Source: a virus (Duplodnaviria > Caudoviricetes). Taken from it: a stretch of 58,123 bases of DNA. Where the stretch lies: the IMG/VR virus record IMGVR_UViG_3300028025_003736, positions 1 through 58,123 of that record, one strand, 5' to 3'. Positions 1 to 8,060 of this stretch are shown here, in pieces (the stretch's first letter is position 1; the number at the start of each line of letters is the position of its first letter). Made by a program: the position numbers and the translations under genes. The notes beneath the pieces were generated by a model. That model was not told the origin of the DNA, ran no database searches, and worked only from the letters and a program-made list of their open reading frames with translations.

Positions 1-352
1 CTTATTAAAGAGTCAGAAATCTCCAATGCCCTTTTTCACAATAATTAGTTAATTAACAGACCATTAACATATTAGTTTTTTTTGTAATGTTAGGGTACTC
101 AGTAGTAGAAATCGGTTTTCCTTTCTGTAGAGCTGAAACAAAAAATAATAGGGTCCCTTACGGTGTTACATTCCTCATCCAATCCCTACCTTTACTTTTG
201 CATATGTTTAGTTAAGTGATGACTTTACTGCTATATAATACTCACTTAATATATATAAGAAGAAAACCCCATAACTCTATGATTTACAATACTAAGATTC
301 CCCTATTAGGGAATTAAATCCCTGTGTATGGAAAATAAGAGTATATTTGAGT

Positions 353-874
353 ATGAAAAAGAAACACGAAGAGTACTTGTACAGCCCTTATAAGATTAAT
401 GGAATATCTGAAAAAATGTACATGACCAAGTCTGATGAGACATTAACAATTAATCCTGATACTGGTGAGTACTACACAATGAGAAAGGTGGGTCAAAACA
501 AGAATATACTACATGATGAGCTTGTGTATACAAAGCTGTTTCAAAATGGCGTAAACAGCATTATGGACATGTCTCACTCGTCTTTAAAGATACTGTTGTA
601 TGCAATGAGTATAGTAAGACCGCTTAGTGAGATTGTAGTGCTACACTCATCAGACGTATGTGAAGCTTGCAAAATAGCAGAAAAGACGTTTTATAATAAT
701 CTATTAGAAATACTAGACAAGAAGATACTATCTAGGAAGATGGGTTCTTCTATAGAGTTCTGGTTTGACCCAAACATATTCTTCAATGGTAACAGAATCA
801 ATGTAAGCAGGTATAGGTTGTCTAGTCTAAAAAACGACCTAAATTTGGGCAATGAAGTACGAAATCCCAGATGA
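353..874 (+). CDS. RepL-like winged-helix DNA-binding/replication protein
   Basis: Central HTH-like segment and C-terminal FWFDPNIFFNGNR motif typical of RepL-type proteins; ATG at 353 preferred over the TTG at 347, which lies inside a promoter box. Confidence 0.55.
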   Translation: MKKKHEEYLYSPYKINGISEKMYMTKSDETLTINPDTGEYYTMRKVGQNKNILHDELVYTKLFQNGVNSIMDMSHSSLKILLYAMSIVRPLSEIVVLHSSDVCEACKIAEKTFYNNLLEILDKKILSRKMGSSIEFWFDPNIFFNGNRINVSRYRLSSLKNDLNLGNEVRNPR

Positions 875-1466
875 GTTTAAGTCCTTTGTTTCAAATGTAA
901 AAAGAAGATGTAAGAACAATGGGGTGGAATTAGTTCTATCTCCATCAAGGACTGTTGTCTTAACAGATACCTTTAGTTCAGATTGCTCTGGGTATTTCGA
1001 CGGGGAAGATAAAGCATTAGTTGTTGCTTGTGGGAAACCATTTGAAGATTGGATAGAAATCCTAATACACGAATACTCTCACATGGAGCAGTGGCTAACA
1101 GACTCAAGGTGGAAGCACTGGGAGGACACCTGCTTAGCTCTTTGGGATTGGATGGATAAGGCAAGAATGCTTAACAGCACACAACTAAATAATGTCATAG
1201 ACAGCATGATTGAGCTAGAAAGAGACTGTGAGGTTAGGGCCTTAAATAACATCAAGAAGTGGAATCTTCCAATAAACAAGTCTATGTACAAGAGAAAGTC
1301 AAACCTTTATCTGTACAGTTACAGGCTTATGCCAGAGCTTAAGAAGTTCCCAACAGGGATATATGACAATAAACACATACTGTCAATGTGCCCCCCAAGG
1401 ATGCTAAAAAACTATAAAAAAGTTCCTGCCAATATTAGAAAAGCTATTATGGAGGTATATTCTTAA
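852..1466 (+). CDS. HExxH zinc metalloprotease-like protein
   Basis: ILIHEYSHMEQW motif and downstream ELERDCE candidate third ligand. Confidence 0.6.
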   Translation: MKYEIPDEFKSFVSNVKRRCKNNGVELVLSPSRTVVLTDTFSSDCSGYFDGEDKALVVACGKPFEDWIEILIHEYSHMEQWLTDSRWKHWEDTCLALWDWMDKARMLNSTQLNNVIDSMIELERDCEVRALNNIKKWNLPINKSMYKRKSNLYLYSYRLMPELKKFPTGIYDNKHILSMCPPRMLKNYKKVPANIRKAIMEVYS

Positions 1467-1496
1467 TTTGTACTATTTTTGTTAAAATTAAAAACG

Positions 1497-1688
1497 ATGA
1501 AAGCAAAACTCGGAAGCGGAAAAAAGTTTGAAGCTGTAGCCAAGAAAGCGGCAGCGTCTTATGTAAAGAAAGGAATGCCTGCAGCAAAAGCAAAAGCTAT
1601 CGGTGCTGCTATTGCAGCTAAAGCTGGAGCAGCTAAGTATGGCCAAAAGAAGATGACTCAAATGGCAGTAAAAGGTAAAAAGAAATAA
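1497..1688 (+). CDS. small Lys/Ala-rich basic protein
   Basis: 63-aa ORF from ATG 1497; extreme K/A composition; first gene of a tightly packed array. Confidence 0.7.
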   Translation: MKAKLGSGKKFEAVAKKAAASYVKKGMPAAKAKAIGAAIAAKAGAAKYGQKKMTQMAVKGKKK

Positions 1689-1690
1689 CA

Positions 1691-2002
1691 ATGCAACAAC
1701 CTAAAAAACCACTTGGATTAAGTAAGCCACCAAAGATTTCAGTTAAGAAAGCTAAAGAAATGTCTGATTCATTAATGAGAGAATCTTTGGGTAAAAAAAT
1801 GCTAGCTAGTCAACAAGAAAAAATTGGTAGAGCTTTTATAAAAGCAGGTAAGGGAGATTGGAATATGGTTCTTGATATTAAGGGGACAAGTACACCAACT
1901 GCATTTGAAAGATTAAAAATAGCAAAAAACGCTAGAGCCTCAGCATCAGTAGATTCTGCAAAATCGGTAAAACTTAAAAATTTAGTTAAAAATATTAAAT
2001 AA
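1691..2002 (+). CDS. small basic protein (paralog of 2211..2510)
   Basis: N-terminus KKPLGLSKPPKISVKKAKEMSDSL nearly identical to that of 2211..2510. Confidence 0.75.
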   Translation: MQQPKKPLGLSKPPKISVKKAKEMSDSLMRESLGKKMLASQQEKIGRAFIKAGKGDWNMVLDIKGTSTPTAFERLKIAKNARASASVDSAKSVKLKNLVKNIK

Positions 2003-2248
2003 CAATGCAACAACCTAAACCCAAAAAAGGACCTGTTCCGACAAAAGAAGATATTGCATTTTCTAAGAAATCAGGGATTTCTATTGAACAAGTTATGGCG
2101 CAGGGGGGTGTAACTCCATCTGCTGTAATTAAGCAGGGAGATAAGAGTCGTGCATATGATGTTAAATATGGCCCTGGTCTTTATAAAAAAATTGTTAAAA
2201 AGAAATAATCATGCCACAGGATAAAAAACCACTTGGATTAAGTAAGCC
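1702..2248 (+). repeat. 27-bp exact direct repeat TAAAAAACCACTTGGATTAAGTAAGCC (1702-1728 and 2222-2248)
   Basis: Read directly; a second 23-bp repeat AAATAACAATGCAACAACCTAAA spans gene junctions at 1683-1705 and 1997-2019. Confidence 0.9.
2005..2208 (+). CDS. small basic protein
   Basis: Starts MQQPK like 1691..2002; 2-nt spacing to both neighbours. Confidence 0.7.
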   Translation: MQQPKPKKGPVPTKEDIAFSKKSGISIEQVMAQGGVTPSAVIKQGDKSRAYDVKYGPGLYKKIVKKK

Positions 2249-2510
2249 TAAAAAGATTTCTGTAAAAAGGGCATTGGAGATTTCTGACTCTTTAATAAGT
2301 GCTCCAACTAAATCCATGAGAGAATCAGACTCTAACTATGAAAAAAGTGAAAGACTTAGAATGCAAGTATATTCTAAAATGACTCCATCTCAGATAAAGG
2401 CACTCGAGAGCAGAAAAGACTCTTTAATTACTAAAAGCTTAAAGTCTGAAGTAAAAAGCCTTCGTGAAGTGATGAATAAGAAATACCCAAAAATTGTTCC
2501 TAAAAATTAA
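2211..2510 (+). CDS. small basic protein (paralog of 1691..2002)
   Basis: Shared N-terminus KKPLGLSKPKKISVKRALEISDSL. Confidence 0.75.
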   Translation: MPQDKKPLGLSKPKKISVKRALEISDSLISAPTKSMRESDSNYEKSERLRMQVYSKMTPSQIKALESRKDSLITKSLKSEVKSLREVMNKKYPKIVPKN

Positions 2511-2513
2511 TAT

Positions 2514-2636
2514 ATGGCAAAGGCTAAGGGAGGTTCTGAGAAAGTAAAAGCATCTTTTGGTAAAAGAAAGAAAGGTGTTGCTCAGAAGTCTTTCAATAAG
2601 CATGACCGTAAAGACCGTAAATACCGTGGTAAATGA
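2514..2636 (+). CDS. 40-aa highly basic protein (not in ORF track)
   Basis: MAKAKGGSEKVKASFGKRKKGVAQKSFNKHDRKDRKYRGK; fills the gap exactly and overlaps the next gene by ATGA. Confidence 0.7.
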   Translation: MAKAKGGSEKVKASFGKRKKGVAQKSFNKHDRKDRKYRGK

Positions 2637-3019
2637 GTACCGCAATTAAAAAAAATCCTGGATTATGGAAACGTATAGTTGCAAATGTAAAAGCTGGTTC
2701 CAAAGGTGGAAATGTAAACGAATGGTCTGCCAGAAAAGCTCAACTGGCGGTAACATTGTACAAAAACTCTGGTGGTGGATATCAAGGAAAGAAGTCAAGC
2801 TCAAATTCATTGTCGAATTGGACGAAGCAGAATTGGATGACCTCTTCAGGGAAGCCGTCGGCTGGGAAGCGTCGGTATTTACCGGAGAAAGCATGGAAGG
2901 CATTGAGCCCAAGCCAAAGAAGAGCAACAAACCAAGCAAAAGCACAGGGAAGCAAACAGGGAAAGCAGTTCGTTCAACAACCAAAAAAGATAGCTCAAGT
3001 CGTAAAAAAATATAGATAA
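2633..3019 (+). CDS. DUF5872-like basic protein
   Basis: WSARKAQL...GGGY...SLSNWTKQNW...RYLPEKAW motif series. Confidence 0.65.
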   Translation: MSTAIKKNPGLWKRIVANVKAGSKGGNVNEWSARKAQLAVTLYKNSGGGYQGKKSSSNSLSNWTKQNWMTSSGKPSAGKRRYLPEKAWKALSPSQRRATNQAKAQGSKQGKQFVQQPKKIAQVVKKYR

Positions 3020-3039
3020 CTATATAAAAGACTATACAA

Positions 3040-3993
3040 ATGCCAGAAGATAAAAAGCCAAAACCAAGTGTAGTAAAAAAAGAAAAGCCTAAAGCTTCTA
3101 CATTAAGGTCGATTATTAAAGATTTTCTTTCTAGTGCAGGTGGTACTATGGCAAAAGGTGCTGAAAATATGTCTTCCCCTGGTATAGCTAAAGCAACTAG
3201 TCAATTTGCCTTAGATAGAATGTCAAAAAAGATTACTCCTTATGGATATACTACTGGAGAAGGCTCAAGTCTTGTTAGAGGGGCAAAAGTAGTTGGTCTT
3301 AATAAGATGGAAAAAACTAGAGCTAATATAGAAAAGGCAATAAAAGAAAATAAGCCAAAAGTTCTAGTTGGAGAAGACGTATATATAGATACAGATGCAG
3401 CAAAAGTAAGACTTGACTTACTTAATCTACTTTCAAATAAACAACAAAGATTCAAAAATATAATACCTTCAGAATTTACTCCACTAGATTATAAAAAGGG
3501 TACAAAATACGTAAAGTCTAATAAAATTGATGAACTAGTACTAAGTAATTTAGGAATAAAAGGAGACAAGATATCTGGTATAAATGATTTGAAACAGGCA
3601 TTAGATAATATAACTGCTACAAGGCCTTCAGGTAGAAAGCCTACTGAAGAAGAATTAAAGATTTCGCCATATTACACTCCACAAGAAAAGGTAACAGGTA
3701 AATATGGTAATTTAGTTGGAGACCCTGTAATGGGTGATGCTACATATAATGTAGGTGAAGACGATAAAGGATACTTTATATCTTATCGTGACACTTGGGA
3801 TTTAAATCCAAATGAGGGAGGGACATCAGAAGAGGAAGTATTGGCATCTCCCTATAGTGTAGAAGGATTATTACAGAAAGCAAAAGTTTTAGGAAAAGAA
3901 GCTGCTTCTGGGTTATTGAAAGTAAGTTCATCTGCTCCTGAAATTTATGGTAGAATTTATTTTGACAAAAAAACTGGTAAAAGAGTTAAGTAG
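3040..3993 (+). CDS. hypothetical protein with basic N-terminal leader and possible colicin-M-like C-terminal domain
   Basis: 317 aa; N-terminus MPEDKKPKP resembles the array members; C-terminal MGDAT...SYRDTWDLN...YGRIYF; domain call is tentative. Confidence 0.6.
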   Translation: MPEDKKPKPSVVKKEKPKASTLRSIIKDFLSSAGGTMAKGAENMSSPGIAKATSQFALDRMSKKITPYGYTTGEGSSLVRGAKVVGLNKMEKTRANIEKAIKENKPKVLVGEDVYIDTDAAKVRLDLLNLLSNKQQRFKNIIPSEFTPLDYKKGTKYVKSNKIDELVLSNLGIKGDKISGINDLKQALDNITATRPSGRKPTEEELKISPYYTPQEKVTGKYGNLVGDPVMGDATYNVGEDDKGYFISYRDTWDLNPNEGGTSEEEVLASPYSVEGLLQKAKVLGKEAASGLLKVSSSAPEIYGRIYFDKKTGKRVK

Positions 3994-4143
3994 ATATCTC
4001 CAATAAGCCTTAGTAAAAAGAAATATAGTTACTATTGGCCATATAATACAAAATATTATAACATTTATAGCTTGGTATGATATTCCAAATATATTTGCCA
4101 AATAACTTAAGAAAAACATACAATTGTTGAATATTTCATTCAT
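3928..4143 (-). CDS. small integral membrane protein (possible immunity protein)
   Basis: Hydrophobic MNEIFNNCMFFLSYLANIFGISYQAINVIIFCIIWP; the only convincing minus-strand gene in the + half; convergent on 3040..3993. Confidence 0.6.
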   Translation of the reverse strand: MNEIFNNCMFFLSYLANIFGISYQAINVIIFCIIWPIVTIFLFTKAYWRYLLNSFTSFFVKINSTINFRSR

Positions 4144-4198
4144 AGTTGTAATTTTGATTAAAGTTATAATATAATTGTAAATTAGCAAAAATATTTTT

Positions 4199-4504
4199 AT
4201 GATTGACTATAGGGGGATAAAGTTTGCAGGATACAATAAGCCCAAAGACGCTAATGATGGAGTTCATAAGAAGGTTGTTCTTGCGAAAGAAGGAGATAAA
4301 GTCCGACTTGTAAGATTTGGGGCTAAAGGATATTCTTCAAACTACTCACCAGATGCTAGAGAACAATATAGAAGCAGGCACGCAAAAGAAGCAAATAGTT
4401 CAAAGTTAACTGCAGGATGGTGGGCATACCATTTTCTATGGTCAAAAAGCTCCCAAGTTTATAGAAGTGGAAAAACTTCTGGAAAAGGAGAAAGGTTTAA
4501 GTAA
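4199..4504 (+). CDS. small basic viral protein (DUF5754-like)
   Basis: KKVV...VRFGAKGYS...YRSRH...TAGWWAYHFLW pattern. Confidence 0.55.
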   Translation: MIDYRGIKFAGYNKPKDANDGVHKKVVLAKEGDKVRLVRFGAKGYSSNYSPDAREQYRSRHAKEANSSKLTAGWWAYHFLWSKSSQVYRSGKTSGKGERFK

Positions 4505-4552
4505 CTTTACATTCACGGCCATTATAGCCGACAAAACCAAAAACCATAAACT

Positions 4553-5155
4553 ATGTACAACAAATTGTACAACACGATTAAGCCTGTTGGCAGGAGGATA
4601 ATTGTTGCAGTAAATTCCAGGGAGAAAAATAGCCATGAAATAGAAATGGCAGACGGTACAAAAGTTGAGCTTTATGTAGACAATACATACTCATGGGATA
4701 GCCGTATTACTAACCACACACAAGGCGTACTCCTTACAGACTACAAAAACTTAAAAGCAGGAACAAATGTGCTATTACACCACAATTCATTTAACGATGA
4801 AAATAAGCTGGATATCGAGCCAGATATACATACCTCAATTCACGCAGTCGATGAGATGTTCATATACTTTGGTATAGATGGAGAAGATATGATATGCATA
4901 GATGGGTTTATGATTGCTGAAAGGATATACGAAGAAAATGATGTTACCGAAGGTGGAATTATCCTAGTAGAAAAGAAGCAGCATGAGTCTATGCTTAGAA
5001 TACTTGGTAAGCCAGAGTCTATAACAGACTTTGAGGTTGGAGATATAGCAATTGTTTACAAGAAGTCCGATTATGAGATGACTCATAATATAGGCGGTAA
5101 ACTCAAGAAAATAATACGTTTAAAATATTCAGATTGTCTAGGAAAATGTCAATAG
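4553..5155 (+). CDS. groES: GroES-like co-chaperonin with two tandem GroES-like domains
   Basis: N-domain IKPVGRRIIV...LKAGTNVLL; C-domain with mobile-loop TEGGIIL, FEVGDIAIV and IIRLKYSDCLG. Confidence 0.7.
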   Translation: MYNKLYNTIKPVGRRIIVAVNSREKNSHEIEMADGTKVELYVDNTYSWDSRITNHTQGVLLTDYKNLKAGTNVLLHHNSFNDENKLDIEPDIHTSIHAVDEMFIYFGIDGEDMICIDGFMIAERIYEENDVTEGGIILVEKKQHESMLRILGKPESITDFEVGDIAIVYKKSDYEMTHNIGGKLKKIIRLKYSDCLGKCQ

Positions 5156-5460
5156 AAGAAAAACTAAAGCTGTACGAAGAGGATGGTATTGTAGGAGCAT
5201 ACTATTCACTAAATAGGAAGCTAAATGAAATAACAGGATTGCTTAATAATAATGACCTAACTAAACTCGACCTAGCAGATAAGAATGATGGGTCATGGGA
5301 GAGGGTGTTAAAGCTATTTAACTCTGTAGGGGAAATAAACGATGTAATGAAGAAGCTAAGAATGGACAACCAACTTTCTGGAGATGAGGAAAAAGATAAG
5401 TCAAGAAGAAAACCAATCATAGAAGAACTATTCTCAAATGACTCGAATAAGTCCCAATGA
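5149..5460 (+). CDS. hypothetical protein (candidate terminase small subunit)
   Basis: Helical ~100-aa protein upstream of TerL; function inferred from position only. Confidence 0.4.
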   Translation, partial: SIEEKLKLYEEDGIVGAYYSLNRKLNEITGLLNNNDLTKLDLADKNDGSWERVLKLFNSVGEINDVMKKLRMDNQLSGDEEKDKSRRKPIIEELFSNDSNKSQ

Positions 5461-6040
5461 CGATAAGGAAGTAATTTATGATGCGTATCAAAGAGTGCTT
5501 AATAATCTTCGTGTCCAAAGACATAAGAATAAGGAGCATGTGCTACACAAGAGGAAAATAATAAAGGAAAAGAATAAGAAGTATAACACTCTTCATTGGA
5601 AATTGTTCAGGATGAATCAGGTTGTATTTGGTCTTGATGCTGAGATTAAAAAATTAAAGATATTTCATAATAAGAAAAAAGCAGAAGGAAGGAAAGTCGG
5701 ATATAAGGAGGCGATAAAAAGATTTGACAAAATAGCTTTTACCCCAGAAAGTCCATACAAGTTCTTGGCTATGTCAGATTTATTATCTGATATAATTAAA
5801 CACAGTATAAAGGAGATTTCATTTATATTATGGGCTAATCAATTTGACTTCTTCACTAAGAAAGACTTTGATAGAGACCTTTCTAAGTCTGAAATACCAT
5901 ATTATCACATGGTTTCAAAGATGAAGAAAAATAGTATATTGAATGTTGTGGGTTCTGAAAAACAGAGGAATATATATAGTCTTACAGGAATAGGTAAGCA
6001 ATTAGCATTAAAAATAAACAAGTATATTAAAAATATATAA
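5438..6040 (+). CDS. hypothetical protein, basic coiled N-terminus and winged-helix-like C-terminus
   Basis: C-terminal YSLTGIGKQL wing motif. Confidence 0.5.
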   Translation: MTRISPNDDKEVIYDAYQRVLNNLRVQRHKNKEHVLHKRKIIKEKNKKYNTLHWKLFRMNQVVFGLDAEIKKLKIFHNKKKAEGRKVGYKEAIKRFDKIAFTPESPYKFLAMSDLLSDIIKHSIKEISFILWANQFDFFTKKDFDRDLSKSEIPYYHMVSKMKKNSILNVVGSEKQRNIYSLTGIGKQLALKINKYIKNI

Positions 6041-6041
6041 T

Positions 6042-8039
6042 TTGCAACAAGAACATCAAATATATGGTATTACATATAAGACTCCAGAAGTTCCAGAAAA
6101 CTTCTCAGATGGCAATAAGTTTAATAAAATAGTTATACCAGAGGTATTTCAAGAGCTAGAATTTGATGATGATGGGAATGCAATATATGGAGATGAGCAG
6201 ATGAATTTTATTATACAAGAGGTCAATAGAATTAAAAATGGTTATTGGTTCATAAATAGTGATGTAGAGACATACATAACTGGGTTGCATTATTTTTATT
6301 TAAACTATTGGACGCTTGAAGATGGGAATACACCAGACTATAGGGACGCAGACAGGAGATATTTTTACTTCCAAGAATACTGTGAAAAACTTCCGCAGTG
6401 CTATGGAGTTGTGCGCATTAAAAAGCGTAGGGAAGGTGCTACATCTCAAGCTACCTGCTATTTGGTATGGAAGGCCATTACGCAGAAAAAACAATTTTGT
6501 GGAATAATATCAAAGACTGGTAAAGACGCATCTGATGCTTTTATATACATGGTTATGAATGGATATAGAAATCTACCTATATTCCTAAAGCCAAGGGTTG
6601 AGGATGAGGAGACAAAAACAGAAATTGTTTTCAAGAAGAAGAAGGATAAGAGAAAAGTAGTGCAAAGGGAGAAAGGTAAAATATTTGATGATGATATAGG
6701 GATGGAGTCTAAGATAAACTTTAAGAATACTGCCCTAAACTCTTATGACTCTGGAAGGGTATCTGCCCTATTAATGGATGAGGCTGGTAAATGGCCAAGG
6801 GAAATTCCCGTAAATCAGTATTGGCCAATTGTTAGAAAAACACTTATGAGGGGTGCTATAAAAGTAGGGTTCTGCCTTATCCCATCAACAGCTAATGATG
6901 CAAAGAGTGGTGGAGAGCCATATAAGGCACTATTTGACGAAAGCTCACATTTTAATGACTCATATACAGCTACAGGTCTATATAGGTATTTTTGCCCTGC
7001 ATATGACGGCTACGAGGGTTTTATAGACGAGTATGGTAATTCTATAATAGAAGCGCCAACAGAGGAGCAAAAAAAGTATGTATTGCAGCGTTACGGAATG
7101 AAAATAGAGTCTGGTGCAAAAGATTATTTATTGGCTCAAAGAAGACTTATACAAGATAAGAAGGCACTTTCAGAGGAGATTAGGATGAATCCTTTTACTG
7201 AAGAAGAAGCCTTTATGATTGACCAGAAGAAGTGCTACTTTAACTCAGAGAAAATATACAACCAATTAGATGTTATTGCTGAAGACAAAATTAGACTTAG
7301 AAGAGTTAGATTGTATTGGAAAGATGATAAAACTGTTGAGTGGGCGGATGATAAAGAAGGGGCTTGGCTTATTCATAAGTTTCCTTCAGATGGGGAAAAG
7401 AATAGGTTTAAAGAGGATAATGGATATAAGTCTCCAGCCAATAGCCACAAGTATGTTTCAGGTATTGACCCATTCAAGTCTTCTGTAATATCTGGTAAAG
7501 GTTCTATGGGTACTTGCTATGTATTTGAAAGGTTGGATATAAATGACCCTAATAATACTGGGATGCCTATAGCGGAATACGTAGACAGGCCTAGGCTAAA
7601 ATCTCTTTTTCATGAAGACATGTTAAAAGCAGCTGTTTTTTGGGGATACAAGGCATGCTACGAGAATGACGTTGGCGATGATTTTGTGGACTACTTCTCA
7701 AATAAGGGATATAAGGGCTATCTAATGAAAACACCAGATGCCGCTATCGACAGAAATAAAAGAAGGCATGTTTCCAAGTTTGGGGTTACATCTGGAGACG
7801 CATTTGCTCTAGCTAGGCAGCTTGATACTTGTATTACCTATATAGAGAACTATTGTGACAAAATCGTATTCAAGGACCTTCTTGAAGAACTGCTCCAATA
7901 TGACCATGAACATAGGACCGTATACGATAGAACAGTAGCTTTTATGATTAGTTTGCTGTCTGGAGTTTCCCTAGAAAGTAAGAAGGAGGAGAAACCATTA
8001 GTTTCCATACCTTTGAGAACGTACAAACTTTCAATCTAA
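6042..8039 (+). CDS. terL: terminase large subunit
   Basis: YITGLHYFYLNYW, KKRREGATS (Walker A), LLMDEAGKW (Walker B), VSGIDPF (RNase H-like nuclease); TTG start. Confidence 0.92.
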   Translation: MQQEHQIYGITYKTPEVPENFSDGNKFNKIVIPEVFQELEFDDDGNAIYGDEQMNFIIQEVNRIKNGYWFINSDVETYITGLHYFYLNYWTLEDGNTPDYRDADRRYFYFQEYCEKLPQCYGVVRIKKRREGATSQATCYLVWKAITQKKQFCGIISKTGKDASDAFIYMVMNGYRNLPIFLKPRVEDEETKTEIVFKKKKDKRKVVQREKGKIFDDDIGMESKINFKNTALNSYDSGRVSALLMDEAGKWPREIPVNQYWPIVRKTLMRGAIKVGFCLIPSTANDAKSGGEPYKALFDESSHFNDSYTATGLYRYFCPAYDGYEGFIDEYGNSIIEAPTEEQKKYVLQRYGMKIESGAKDYLLAQRRLIQDKKALSEEIRMNPFTEEEAFMIDQKKCYFNSEKIYNQLDVIAEDKIRLRRVRLYWKDDKTVEWADDKEGAWLIHKFPSDGEKNRFKEDNGYKSPANSHKYVSGIDPFKSSVISGKGSMGTCYVFERLDINDPNNTGMPIAEYVDRPRLKSLFHEDMLKAAVFWGYKACYENDVGDDFVDYFSNKGYKGYLMKTPDAAIDRNKRRHVSKFGVTSGDAFALARQLDTCITYIENYCDKIVFKDLLEELLQYDHEHRTVYDRTVAFMISLLSGVSLESKKEEKPLVSIPLRTYKLSI

Positions 8040-8060
8040 TTTGTAATTTTGCCATATATT

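Noticed and set aside
1-16. Direct terminal repeat
   Set aside because: Only CTTATTAA (8 bp) is shared with the window end, too short to call a terminal repeat
1683-2248. CRISPR-like array from the 23-bp and 27-bp repeats
   Set aside because: Only two copies of each, hundreds of bp apart, and all within coding sequence or gene junctions
2665-3015. 116-aa alternative-frame ORF over the DUF5872-like gene
   Set aside because: No recognisable motif or start context; best explained as a shadow of the real gene
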